A stretch of DNA of 64,000 nt from an uncultured Lachnospiraceae bacterium (GTDB taxonomy: Bacteria > Bacillota > Clostridia > Lachnospirales > Lachnospiraceae): positions 5,627 to 69,626 of the forward strand of contig CAJUGG010000032.1 of the NCBI GenBank assembly GCA_910585995.1, in the 5' to 3' direction. Within the stretch, counting starts at the first letter, position 1, and each line of letters starts with the position of its first letter. Of this stretch, positions 19,909 to 29,027 are shown in pieces. The notes beneath the pieces are model-generated. The model did no database searches and was not told the DNA's origin. It saw nothing but the letters and a program-made list of their open reading frames with translations. Made by a program: the position numbers and the translations under genes.

Positions 19909-20086
19909 AAAAAATCCTCCATTCGCACAAGCTAAAGTGTAACTATTATATCACTTACCAAAGCGCCGGGCAAGAATCCCTCTTCCCGAAAAAACATCTG
20001 GAAAATTCACATGCATTCTGCTATACTATTTGGCAGAAAAGGCTATAGGAACACAGCCATCCATAACACTAAGGAGGTATTCTTAT

Positions 20087-20335
20087 ATGGTATATCGAAC
20101 AAAAGGCACCTGCTCCCAGGCAATCAACGTAGAAGCAGAAAACGGCGTGATCAAATCCGTAGAATTTGTAGGCGGCTGCGCGGGCAACACCGCCGGCATC
20201 GCCAAGCTCGTACAAGGCATGAAAGTCGACGACGTCATCCGCCTCTTAGAAGGCACCACCTGCGGCAAACGCCCCACTTCCTGCCCCGACCAGCTCGCCA
20301 AAGCCCTCAAACAACTACAAAGCAGTCCGGCATAA
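20087..20335 (+). CDS. TIGR03905-like TSCPD-domain protein
   Basis: YRTKGTCS...GGCAGN...TSCPDQ; RBS AAGGAGG. Confidence 0.88.
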   Translation: MVYRTKGTCSQAINVEAENGVIKSVEFVGGCAGNTAGIAKLVQGMKVDDVIRLLEGTTCGKRPTSCPDQLAKALKQLQSSPA

Positions 20336-20344
20336 CCAAAAGAA

Positions 20345-20390
20345 AAGAGGACGCCTTCTCAGGGTGCTGAATCCTGAGAGTGCCCTCTTC
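20345..20390. terminator. Terminator hairpin (U-tract on minus strand)
   Basis: AAGAGG...CTCAGG / CCTGAG...CCTCTT imperfect stem. Confidence 0.6.
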
Positions 20391-20719
20391 TTAATTTTTG
20401 TGAACGCTGTAAACCAAACTCGTATGCTACGCTGTGAAAGTACAGGTAGGTGGTTTGTTCTTATGTTTACATTTGCTTTTGTTTTTAATTTTGGATTCGG
20501 TTTGAATCCCTTTCCTATATTCAATTGTAAAATCACACTACTAAATCGTCTCTCCGTACAAAGGTATCCTAATTCACGCATTCAAAAAACGCAAGGTTTT
20601 GTCTACCGTCCATCCTGTCTTTTTAGAACTTCCCTGTCCAAAAAGATACAGACCATACAATAATACAATTTGGGATAAAAAAATGATAAAAAGCCATTCC
20701 CGCCAATCTACCTTGAGGA

Positions 20720-21208
20720 TCAGTCAAAGTAGAGGGCGTTGGTACAAGTTCCGGTTGTCTCAGTCTTACCGCCTTGAGTTACAGAATGAACACCTTTTAC
20801 ACTATAATACTTGTCCCTAGTAATCTTATAGGAGCCACTTTGTGTTGTTGCAACTGAATTGTTTTTTGCTTCTCCAGTCCAGTAATCAACTGTTCCCCAA
20901 TTACCAGTACCAGTATCACTTTTATCCAGATAAATTCGTACATACACTCTGTCAAAACTTCTGTGAGCGAATGTCGTACCTGAACAAATCGCGTATCCAG
21001 TATTACCATGTGTCAGTTTTGCTATGCCTGACCGAAGATAATCTCCCCTGGCAATTCCATACCATGTATCTGACACTTCCCCATTCTGTACATCATAGAC
21101 ATGATAGCCTGCAGGTTCTACTTCTTCTGCACAAACAGGAATATTACTTCCAAGAAGCAAAACACCCGCCAGTGCAAGTGCACACATTTTCTTCCAGACC
21201 TGGTTCAT
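20720..21208 (-). CDS. Secreted protein (DUF6147-like)
   Basis: Signal peptide ending VCA-EE, beta-rich mature part; located after an anti-sigma-like gene. Confidence 0.6.
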   Translation of the reverse strand: MNQVWKKMCALALAGVLLLGSNIPVCAEEVEPAGYHVYDVQNGEVSDTWYGIARGDYLRSGIAKLTHGNTGYAICSGTTFAHRSFDRVYVRIYLDKSDTGTGNWGTVDYWTGEAKNNSVATTQSGSYKITRDKYYSVKGVHSVTQGGKTETTGTCTNALYFD

Positions 21209-21279
21209 ATTATCCTCCTTTCATTAAAATCTGTAAGCTTACAATATTATAACGATTGAAGATTGCTTTTTTGACAGCT

Positions 21280-22053
21280 TTAGACATTTTTTATCCAAAT
21301 ATTTTCCAGAATCTTTATATATTCTTCCTGATCCATCATTCCTCCAATGGAATAATAAGTATTTAAATATACAAAACCCGTCTCAAAATAAGTTTGTTTA
21401 TCAGAATCCTGATATTTATACACAACCGCTTCTATCCCACAAGCATCTATCAATAATGTATCTACTTCTTCTCCATCTGTTTGATTACTTATTGTAGCGT
21501 CTTTATAATCTTTACTTATATAAATTTGTAAATCATTCTCTTCTATACCATATCTTAAAATTGCTTCATCCTCATCAGACTTTATCCAATATTCTGTCAA
21601 TCCCATTTTATCTGGTTGATAACCAAATCTTACTGGCAAAACTCCTAATGTCTCTTCTATTTCCTGGCAAACCTCTTCCTCATCATATTCCCTATATGTA
21701 GAATCAGAATTTTCTATCTTGGTCTGTACTTCATCCCTGCGGGAACTCTGGAAAATCTTAGGAATATACACTTTATTTCCACTACTAATCACACCTGCCC
21801 CAATACATAATACCAGGACAGCCGCCACTGCTGCTACCATCCGATAACGGATTCTAAACTTTTTCTTCTTGGCAACATGCTCACCCTTATACTTCTCCGC
21901 TCTTTGATAGATATCCGCCAACTTATCACTTGGCATATGAATCCTCTGAAGCTCCGGCATCTCCATCAATTCTCTCTCCCGCTCATCTGCCATAGCGATC
22001 AGATCTTCCTCAATCCTCTCCTGCAGCCATTTTTCATCTACGCCACGTTTCAT
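21280..22053 (-). CDS. Anti-sigma-factor-like single-pass protein (DUF4367-like)
   Basis: Cytoplasmic N-terminus, TM VAAVAAVLVLCIG, extracellular domain ending EYIKILENI. Confidence 0.62.
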   Translation of the reverse strand: MKRGVDEKWLQERIEEDLIAMADERERELMEMPELQRIHMPSDKLADIYQRAEKYKGEHVAKKKKFRIRYRMVAAVAAVLVLCIGAGVISSGNKVYIPKIFQSSRRDEVQTKIENSDSTYREYDEEEVCQEIEETLGVLPVRFGYQPDKMGLTEYWIKSDEDEAILRYGIEENDLQIYISKDYKDATISNQTDGEEVDTLLIDACGIEAVVYKYQDSDKQTYFETGFVYLNTYYSIGGMMDQEEYIKILENIWIKNV

Positions 22054-22081
22054 ATTCTCACCAATCCAATCTCAAATCCCG

Positions 22082-22110
22082 TTGACTTTTTCCAGCCACT
22101 ATATCATAAT
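22082..22110 (+). promoter_or_regulatory. sigmaA promoter upstream of murG
   Basis: TTGACT-17-CATAAT. Confidence 0.6.
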
Positions 22111-22252
22111 CTAACATAGCAGCGTTCCCCAACCCCTAAACTCTAACACACCCTTATGTGATACCTGCCCATAGCCGGCGTCCGCTAAAGTCAGTCGCCT
22201 AACTATGCTCAATCTCAACCATCATCCCTTAAAAGCAAAGGAGGCATCCTAT

Positions 22253-23317
22253 ATGAAAAAAATCATCTTAACTGGCGGCGGCACCGCCGGCCACGTAACC
22301 CCCAATATCGCCCTTCTCCCCCGCCTGCAAGCCGCTGGCTACGACATCTCCTACATCGGCTCCACCGAAGGCATCGAGAAAAAACTCATACAAGCTCAAA
22401 ACATCCCTTACTACAGCATCTCCTCCGGAAAACTCCGCCGCTACTTCAGCCTGAAGAATTTCACAGACCCCTTCCGGGTCCTCAAAGGCTTCTCCGAAGC
22501 CTCCCATCTAATCAAGACCCTGAAGCCTGACATCGTCTTCTCCAAAGGAGGCTTTGTCTCTGTCCCCGTAGTCCTTGCAGCCAGGCACCACCATGTCCCT
22601 GTCATCTGCCACGAGTCCGACCTCACTCCCGGTCTCGCCAACAAACTCAGTATGCCTGGAGCTACCAAAGTCTGCTGCAATTTCCCAGAGACTTTGGCAT
22701 ACCTTCCCCCCAAAAAAGCAGTCCTGACAGGCTGTCCCATCCGCCGGGAACTGACAGAAGGCAACCGTGCGGCCGCCCTCTCTCTCACTGGCTTTACCAC
22801 CAGCAAACCTGTCCTTATGGTCATGGGAGGAAGCCTTGGAGCCGCATCTGTCAACCAGGCCGTCCGTGCCGCTCTGCCAGAACTTCTAAAAGATTGGCAG
22901 ATCATCCATCTGTGCGGCAAGGGAAAATTAGACCAAAGCCTGATCCATACCAAAGGTTACATCCAATATGAATACATCCAAAAAGAGCTGCCTGACCTGT
23001 TCGCACTCTGTGATCTGGTCATCTCCCGCGCCGGAGCCAACGCGATCTGCGAACTCTTAGCCCTCAGAAAACCAGCTCTTCTGATCCCGCTCTCTGCCAA
23101 AGCCAGTCGGGGAGATCAGATCCAAAATGCGCAGTCCTTCGAGCGCCAGGGCTTCTCAAAAGTCTTAGAAGAAGAGGCTCTGACCCCCACAGCCCTTGTA
23201 GCTGCTGTCAAAGAACTCTCCTCACATCGTAAGGACTACATTCAGGCCATGGAACGATGCCCTCAGTCCGATGCCATCGAGACGATCCTGGCTCTGATCA
23301 CAGAGACTGCCCGTTAA
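22253..23317 (+). CDS. murG: Lipid II GlcNAc transferase MurG
   Basis: TGGGTAGH, KGGFVSVP, GGSLGA, SRAGAN, DQIQNA; RBS AAGGAGG. Confidence 0.96.
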   Translation: MKKIILTGGGTAGHVTPNIALLPRLQAAGYDISYIGSTEGIEKKLIQAQNIPYYSISSGKLRRYFSLKNFTDPFRVLKGFSEASHLIKTLKPDIVFSKGGFVSVPVVLAARHHHVPVICHESDLTPGLANKLSMPGATKVCCNFPETLAYLPPKKAVLTGCPIRRELTEGNRAAALSLTGFTTSKPVLMVMGGSLGAASVNQAVRAALPELLKDWQIIHLCGKGKLDQSLIHTKGYIQYEYIQKELPDLFALCDLVISRAGANAICELLALRKPALLIPLSAKASRGDQIQNAQSFERQGFSKVLEEEALTPTALVAAVKELSSHRKDYIQAMERCPQSDAIETILALITETAR

Positions 23318-23397
23318 AAAAATCACTATCCAGACAGCCCGCTTACCGTGATGAACTGCTGTCCTCAGACATGACAAAGGAAGGGGGAACCCCCCTT

Positions 23398-23928
23398 TCA
23401 TTCGTCATCGTCTCCGAACTCTTCCTGATACGCCTTTTGTAACCACTTTCTGCCTTTGTGTTTCCACTGACTCACCAGACCCGGACTTATTCCCAGCTTT
23501 TCACCAATCTCAGTGTTGTCCATATTTTCCAGGGAACTCATCACAATCGCCCGATACCAATTCTCATTTACATCTTTCAGCCGGTTCAATACAATCTGTC
23601 TGTTGGCAGAGCGTTCCTTTTCCACCATGATCTCTACCAGATCTGTCTCGTCCATGAAAAATTCTTCGCTGATCTCCAGTCCCACATTCGTCTTGTATCT
23701 TCCGCCTTTTCTTGTGTAATCAATCGCAAGATGCTTCGATACCCTCAACAGCCAAGCCTTCACTGTCTTCGGAGACACTTTTTCAATATTTATCAACAAA
23801 CGGGCGAAGGATTCCTGACAGATATCCTCAGCCTCTTCATAATTTCTCACAACAGAATATGCATTCCGTATCACCAGATCGCTATATTTCTTAAAATATT
23901 CATTTAACCGGTGATCCTGTTCTATCAT
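23398..23928 (-). CDS. ECF-type RNA polymerase sigma factor
   Basis: AEDICQESF, AWLLRVSKHLAIDY, region-4 HTH EIGEKLGIS. Confidence 0.88.
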   Translation of the reverse strand: MIEQDHRLNEYFKKYSDLVIRNAYSVVRNYEEAEDICQESFARLLINIEKVSPKTVKAWLLRVSKHLAIDYTRKGGRYKTNVGLEISEEFFMDETDLVEIMVEKERSANRQIVLNRLKDVNENWYRAIVMSSLENMDNTEIGEKLGISPGLVSQWKHKGRKWLQKAYQEEFGDDDE

Positions 23929-23934
23929 TCGTAA

Positions 23935-24351
23935 TCAACACCCTCTCACAAGACGCGCCACCTCTTCCATCTCCTCTGGCGTCGTTGTCTTTGGCTCCCA
24001 TAAGATTCCTGCTTCATCCCCTTCATAGCGGGGAATCAGATGCATATGAAAATGAAATACCGTCTGTCCCGCAGACGCTCCATTATTCTGCACCAGATTA
24101 AAGCCATCTGCCTTCAACGCCTTCTTCAACCTCGATGCCATTAACTTAGCAGTCACTAACGCCTTGGCCAGCAAAGCGTCCTCCATGGCAAACAAGTCCG
24201 CATAATGAGCTTTGGGAATCAGAAGTGCATGTCCCTTTGTCGCCGGTCCCAGATCCAGGATCACCCGAAAATCCTCATCCTCATACAGGGTGGTCGATGG
24301 AATCTCACCGGCTGCAATCTTACAGAAAATGCAGTTATTATCTACCATCAT
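23935..24351 (-). CDS. HIT family nucleotide hydrolase
   Basis: CIFCKI, GQTVFHFHMHLIPR. Confidence 0.93.
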   Translation of the reverse strand: MMVDNNCIFCKIAAGEIPSTTLYEDEDFRVILDLGPATKGHALLIPKAHYADLFAMEDALLAKALVTAKLMASRLKKALKADGFNLVQNNGASAGQTVFHFHMHLIPRYEGDEAGILWEPKTTTPEEMEEVARLVRGC

Positions 24352-24405
24352 AATCCTCCTAACAATATTTGTAAAGTATGAAAAATTTATATCTGCGGCA
24401 AATTA

Positions 24406-24460
24406 TGTCGAAAGTTGTCGAACGATTTTATTTGCCAATTTTTGACATATCTGTTATATT
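24406..24460 (+). promoter_or_regulatory. Tandem Spo0A boxes plus sigmaA-type promoter of the kinase gene
   Basis: TGTCGAA at 24406-24412 and 24416-24422; TTGCCA-17-TATATT with extended TG. Confidence 0.65.
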
Positions 24461-24479
24461 GAATCCAGGGAGTGATGCT

Positions 24480-25229
24480 ATGCTGACATATGACGAACAG
24501 GAAAAAATGGAACGTTTGATGGCAAAAGACGAAAACTTCCATGAACTGATTACGGCAATGAAAAAAGAGTACCATCTTACCCTTTCCCAAATCTCTCATG
24601 AAATTCGGAATCCACTTACCTATGTGAACAGTTCTATCCAATGGATTCAAAAGCTGCACCCGGAAGTCGAAGACTTTGAGTTTTGGGATCAGATAAAAAA
24701 TGATATTCAATATTTGAGAACACTTTTAGACGACATCTCCACTTTTAATAACGGAGAGCAATTAACCATCAGCAAGATTGATCCAAGAGAATTTGCATGT
24801 GATTTAAAAGACTCGCTTTTGTCTGAGCTTTTAGCCAAACATATCCCTCTCCTGATCAAGCTGGACGATACATATCCGGATTTCTACGGAGATCCCATCC
24901 GCTTAAAGCAGGCATTTATTAACTTGATAAAAAATTCCATGGAATCCATTACAGAACGCGGACGTATTACTTTAAAAGTGTTTACCCATGACAAGCGGCT
25001 TATGATCGCTGTCAAGGACAATGGCTGTGGAATCACTGAAGAACAACAGCAGACAGTCTTCCGTCCTTTTGTAACTTATAAAGAAAATGGCACTGGACTT
25101 GGGCTATCCATTGTCCGGCGCATCATCCTGGCACATAACGGCACCATCCACCTGCGGTCCACCGTGGGAAAAGGCACCGAAGTGCAGGTACATCTACCAT
25201 TACTGCCAACATCTCATATTTGTATATAA
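24480..25229 (+). CDS. Orphan histidine kinase without sensor domain
   Basis: H-box SHEIRNPL, N-box NLIKNS, G1 DNGCG, F-box PFVT, G2 GTGLGL; only about 38 aa before the H-box. Confidence 0.9.
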   Translation: MLTYDEQEKMERLMAKDENFHELITAMKKEYHLTLSQISHEIRNPLTYVNSSIQWIQKLHPEVEDFEFWDQIKNDIQYLRTLLDDISTFNNGEQLTISKIDPREFACDLKDSLLSELLAKHIPLLIKLDDTYPDFYGDPIRLKQAFINLIKNSMESITERGRITLKVFTHDKRLMIAVKDNGCGITEEQQQTVFRPFVTYKENGTGLGLSIVRRIILAHNGTIHLRSTVGKGTEVQVHLPLLPTSHICI

Positions 25230-25260
25230 TTATCCCAGAAGGGTTTTATGGAGGAGATGG

Positions 25261-25860
25261 CTATTCTGCTTGGTCCTCTCCTCTGATGAAACCTGCTTCT
25301 ACATTTTTTTCAATAATCTCTTTTATATATTCCCACAGACGCTCAGATCCTTCATGAGTCCTCGCATTTCTGCCCATAATCTGATCTTTATGAACCTGAT
25401 GTTCGCGCCAGGATTTACCTTCTGCCCGATCCGTCAAAAGCACTGGCTGAATCTTGTCCAAAGCATTGGCAAATTTTGCCTCCGGCGTCTCCATCGCTTC
25501 AAATTCTTCCCAAAGCGCCCGCAGATAAGCACCCTGATCTTCGGGAAGCAGCCCGTAGATCCGCTCTGCCGCCTGCAATTCTCTTGCGCGCTTCGTCTCA
25601 TTTCCCTTGGTATCGTACGCATAAGTGTCTCCCGCATCGATCTCTACCAGATCATGCGTCAGCACCATCATCACAGTCTTCGCTACATCTATCGTATCAT
25701 TTGCATACTCTCCAAGTATCATGCACATCATAGCCAGATGCCATGCGTGCTCCGCATCCGTCTCCTTGCGGCTGCCGTCTGCCAGATATGTCTGCCGGAT
25801 GATCTCTTTTTGCCGATCCACCTCCAGCAGAAATGCCAATTGTTGTCTAAGCCTGTCCAT
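25261..25860 (-). CDS. HD-domain phosphohydrolase (HDDC2/YfbR-like)
   Basis: ETDAEHAWH, THDLVEIDAGD, LDKIQP. Confidence 0.88.
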   Translation of the reverse strand: MDRLRQQLAFLLEVDRQKEIIRQTYLADGSRKETDAEHAWHLAMMCMILGEYANDTIDVAKTVMMVLTHDLVEIDAGDTYAYDTKGNETKRARELQAAERIYGLLPEDQGAYLRALWEEFEAMETPEAKFANALDKIQPVLLTDRAEGKSWREHQVHKDQIMGRNARTHEGSERLWEYIKEIIEKNVEAGFIRGEDQAE

Positions 25861-26194
25861 CGGCAACTTCCTCCTTTGCCAGACACATGGAGAGCGTCAT
25901 CTCAGGGCAAGGACGATACGTTCCATCCGCCATCTGATCTGCCCGCTCCGGATGAAGCAAAAGCTCTTCTTTTCTCTCTTTTTTCAACCGCTTAATCCGA
26001 TATTCCAGCTTCCCTGCATCAGACCAGCTGTCTGTCTCCCAGACCATCTCAAGCGCCTGTACCGGATGGCTCTTCGTATATTTTGCCCCTGTCTTTTTCC
26101 TGTAGTAATGTTCTCGTATCCGCCGCCTGACATCCTTAGCAATCCCCGTATACAAGGACTGATCCTCACAGCGCAGTATATAAATATAGGGCAT
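25847..26194 (-). CDS. GIY-YIG nuclease (UPF0213-like)
   Basis: YIYILRC..SLYTGI...RRIREH...GAKYT. Confidence 0.88.
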   Translation of the reverse strand: MPYIYILRCEDQSLYTGIAKDVRRRIREHYYRKKTGAKYTKSHPVQALEMVWETDSWSDAGKLEYRIKRLKKERKEELLLHPERADQMADGTYRPCPEMTLSMCLAKEEVADGQA

Positions 26195-26319
26195 CCGATG
26201 TCCTGTCTCCTCTGCCTTTCATCTTCCACATGTTCCGTTCGTCTCTTAATACACCATCCTCTTTTCCCGGTTCACATCAGCCACCTTTCACTCGCAGATA
26301 TTTTTATTTATGATGCATA

Positions 26320-26348
26320 ATTATACTAAAGGGAGAGGGGTTTTTCAA
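26320..26348 (-). promoter_or_regulatory. sigmaA promoter of GIY-YIG/HD operon
   Basis: TTGAAA-17-TATAAT. Confidence 0.7.
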
Positions 26349-26367
26349 GTAGTAATTTACAAACTTT

Positions 26368-26553
26368 TCACACTGTCTGAAGTCCTGCAAGCTGTTCTAC
26401 CTCTGCCACGCTGAGTTCAGAACATTCTGCAATCTCTTCAATTGTCAACTTTCCCATTTTAATCATTCTAAGCGCTGTTCTCTTTTTTGTTTCATTTTCA
26501 GCTTCATTTTTTAATCTTCTTGCGCTTGTTTCAATCAATGCTCCACTCATCAT
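26368..26553 (-). CDS. Small protein resembling the C-terminal module of Rpn/YhgA-like nucleases (orphan or remnant)
   Basis: TALRMIKMGKLTIEEIAECSELSVAEVEQL HTH-like tail; AAGGGG RBS upstream. Confidence 0.55.
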   Translation of the reverse strand: MMSGALIETSARRLKNEAENETKKRTALRMIKMGKLTIEEIAECSELSVAEVEQLAGLQTV

Positions 26554-26558
26554 ATCAT

Positions 26559-29027
26559 CTACCCCTTTTGATCCTTCCTATACCTCCTTCGATAATACTC
26601 CATCGTCCGGTACTCGATGATATCTTTCATATGATTTTTGAAAGCTTCTTTGCTTATGACTTCCTTTAGATCCTCCCGAATAGCCAACATGTAGCCTTCT
26701 TTTTCGACAAAAAATCCTTTCCCAGAGATCGTTAAAAACTTCACAGGATTGCGTTTGGCATTGCTTAGGTGCTGTTTGTCGGTGATCTTTTGATATTCTT
26801 CGTATGTGATATCTTTTTTCAGATCTTTCCAGTTAATTCCGGTAGAAAAAAATTGCTTCCAGTAGTATAGGATATCCTCTTCTGTAACCGCCTGCCTGAT
26901 GTCTCCGTCATGATAAAATGCAGACAATATGGGCATCTTATAAGATTTCTGCATATCTGTTGTCTCCAGCAAAGTAAGAAACTCTCTCCCGATTCCGTCA
27001 TAGATCTCTTGTTCTTCTGCTGTCAGATCATCTGATTTCTGAAGGTATTCCAGATATTTTCGTAATGGATTCTCTGTTGGATGTGTCATACACAGCTGAT
27101 AGACCTGGTCTTCCATGTAGGTGAATAGTTCCATACGGCTTGGCACTTTTCCCAGGTATTCTTTTACCCGCCAATACTCTTTTTGAATCTGTTCTTTGAT
27201 CGTCTGGCCTTTCTTTGCCATTTCCTGAAACAAATCTATAAGCTGTAAGTCAAAATCCGCCATGCAGCCATCCGGAACATCCAATTCCTCGCAGACTTGG
27301 TCTGCCATGCCATACTCTCGTCCGGACTGGCCGCTTAACAAATATGGAACTTGTCCTGCTTTTGCATAATTTCCTATAAAATCCAGCACATTCAGATATT
27401 CTTTTTTTCTGCTTTTGCGAAGCCCGCGGCCCAACTGCTGAAGAAACACTACCGGAGATTCCGTAGGGCGCAAAAACATCACCATATCCACCGCAGGGAT
27501 ATCCACCCCTTCATTAAACATATCCACAGAAAAGATCACCCGAATCTCTCCGTTTTTCAACTGTTCAACCGCTGTCTCGCGTTCCTGTGAATATTCACCG
27601 TCTGCATTGCTGTAAACTGCCGCTGAGAGAACACCTCTTTGGGAAAATTCCCGCGCCATATCCTCTGCATGTACTCTGCTGCTGCAAAATCCCAAAGCCC
27701 TCTGCGAGCGATATTTCTTATAATGGCGAAAGATCAACTCATAACGCTCTGCATTTCCAATATAAGCCCGATTCAGATCCTGCTCAGTGTAACTTCCTTT
27801 GACCAGGCGAAAACCTGAATAATCCGTCTTATCATAGATACCATAATAATGAAACGGAACCAACAGCCCCCGGTTGATAGCGTCCTTTAGAGAGATCTCA
27901 TAAGGAACATGATAGTCACAGAGCTTGTAGATATTTCTGCCGTCCATCCGTTCAGGTGTAGCTGTCAGCCCCAGTAAAAATCGGGGTGTAAAGTACTCGA
28001 TAATCTTCTGATACTGCTCTGTAACTGCATGATGAAATTCATCAATTACAATATAGTCAAAATAGTCCGGTGCAAAAAAATTATCCTGTAGATATTTCTC
28101 TTTCCCCAAAGTGGATACAGAAGCAAATATCACGGCTTTCTCCCGGTCTTTTCGTCTTTGATTAAAAAATCCATAGTCTTCAGAATTTCTTACATTTCTA
28201 AATGAGATGGCTGCCTGTTTTAAGATCTCTTCGCGGTGTGCAACAAACAGTACATGTTGATACTGCATAGAATCAAAAGCCGCCAAATACGTCTTGCCCA
28301 CCCCCGTTGCAGCCTGCACCAGCCCCTTCACAGCACCCTCTGCACGACTTACTTCCAGGGCATACAATGCCTCAATCTGCGCACCCCTGGGCTGAAAGAT
28401 CTCCACCGCCTGCTCCTCTTCTTCTGCCTCATCATACTGTTCAAGATCTTTTGCTGCCGCCGGACGTCTCCAATTTTTGGCATATTTTTTAAGCTCTTCA
28501 TCATCAATCACGATCGAATGATAATAGAACAAATCTTCAAAAGTCTCATAAAACATCTGAAAATTGCAGGGGTCTCTGTGGCTGTCAAAACGATAGTTCC
28601 ATTCTATCCCCGATGTCAGTGCACTTCTGGACAGATTGGAAGAGCCTATATAGATCTCGCTTCTCTCATCCCGATGGAAGATATAAGCTTTGGGGTGAAA
28701 AGAACGATGTTTCTCATTATAAAACCTTAGATCTACTTCATTATGTAGTTCTTTTTTAAGCAGACACAGAGCTGACGGCTGCGTAATCCCCAGATAATTT
28801 CCGGTCATCAGGCGGATCTTTACGCCCCGCTCCAACGCATCCTTTAAATCTTTCAGAACCATCCGGACACCGGATTCCATCAAAAATGACACAATGATAT
28901 CAATCCGTTTCGCCTGCTTCATACTCATCTTTAACTGGTAATATAAAAACCTGGCATAGTTTTTGTCCCCAGTCATCACATCTGTCTGTACTATCTTGGC
29001 CTTTTCTTCAATAAGATATTCAACCAT
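26559..29027 (-). CDS. PLD-nuclease / SF2 (ResIII-like) helicase fusion
   Basis: FHPKAYIF...IGSSNLS PLD motif; ATGVGKT, DEFHH, TATP, QQLGRGLR. Confidence 0.9.
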   Translation of the reverse strand: MVEYLIEEKAKIVQTDVMTGDKNYARFLYYQLKMSMKQAKRIDIIVSFLMESGVRMVLKDLKDALERGVKIRLMTGNYLGITQPSALCLLKKELHNEVDLRFYNEKHRSFHPKAYIFHRDERSEIYIGSSNLSRSALTSGIEWNYRFDSHRDPCNFQMFYETFEDLFYYHSIVIDDEELKKYAKNWRRPAAAKDLEQYDEAEEEEQAVEIFQPRGAQIEALYALEVSRAEGAVKGLVQAATGVGKTYLAAFDSMQYQHVLFVAHREEILKQAAISFRNVRNSEDYGFFNQRRKDREKAVIFASVSTLGKEKYLQDNFFAPDYFDYIVIDEFHHAVTEQYQKIIEYFTPRFLLGLTATPERMDGRNIYKLCDYHVPYEISLKDAINRGLLVPFHYYGIYDKTDYSGFRLVKGSYTEQDLNRAYIGNAERYELIFRHYKKYRSQRALGFCSSRVHAEDMAREFSQRGVLSAAVYSNADGEYSQERETAVEQLKNGEIRVIFSVDMFNEGVDIPAVDMVMFLRPTESPVVFLQQLGRGLRKSRKKEYLNVLDFIGNYAKAGQVPYLLSGQSGREYGMADQVCEELDVPDGCMADFDLQLIDLFQEMAKKGQTIKEQIQKEYWRVKEYLGKVPSRMELFTYMEDQVYQLCMTHPTENPLRKYLEYLQKSDDLTAEEQEIYDGIGREFLTLLETTDMQKSYKMPILSAFYHDGDIRQAVTEEDILYYWKQFFSTGINWKDLKKDITYEEYQKITDKQHLSNAKRNPVKFLTISGKGFFVEKEGYMLAIREDLKEVISKEAFKNHMKDIIEYRTMEYYRRRYRKDQKG

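Noticed and set aside
22060..22250. Sigma-factor remnant or ncRNA upstream of the anti-sigma gene
   Set aside because: No convincing reading frame or recognisable RNA motif; best explained as the murG promoter and leader.
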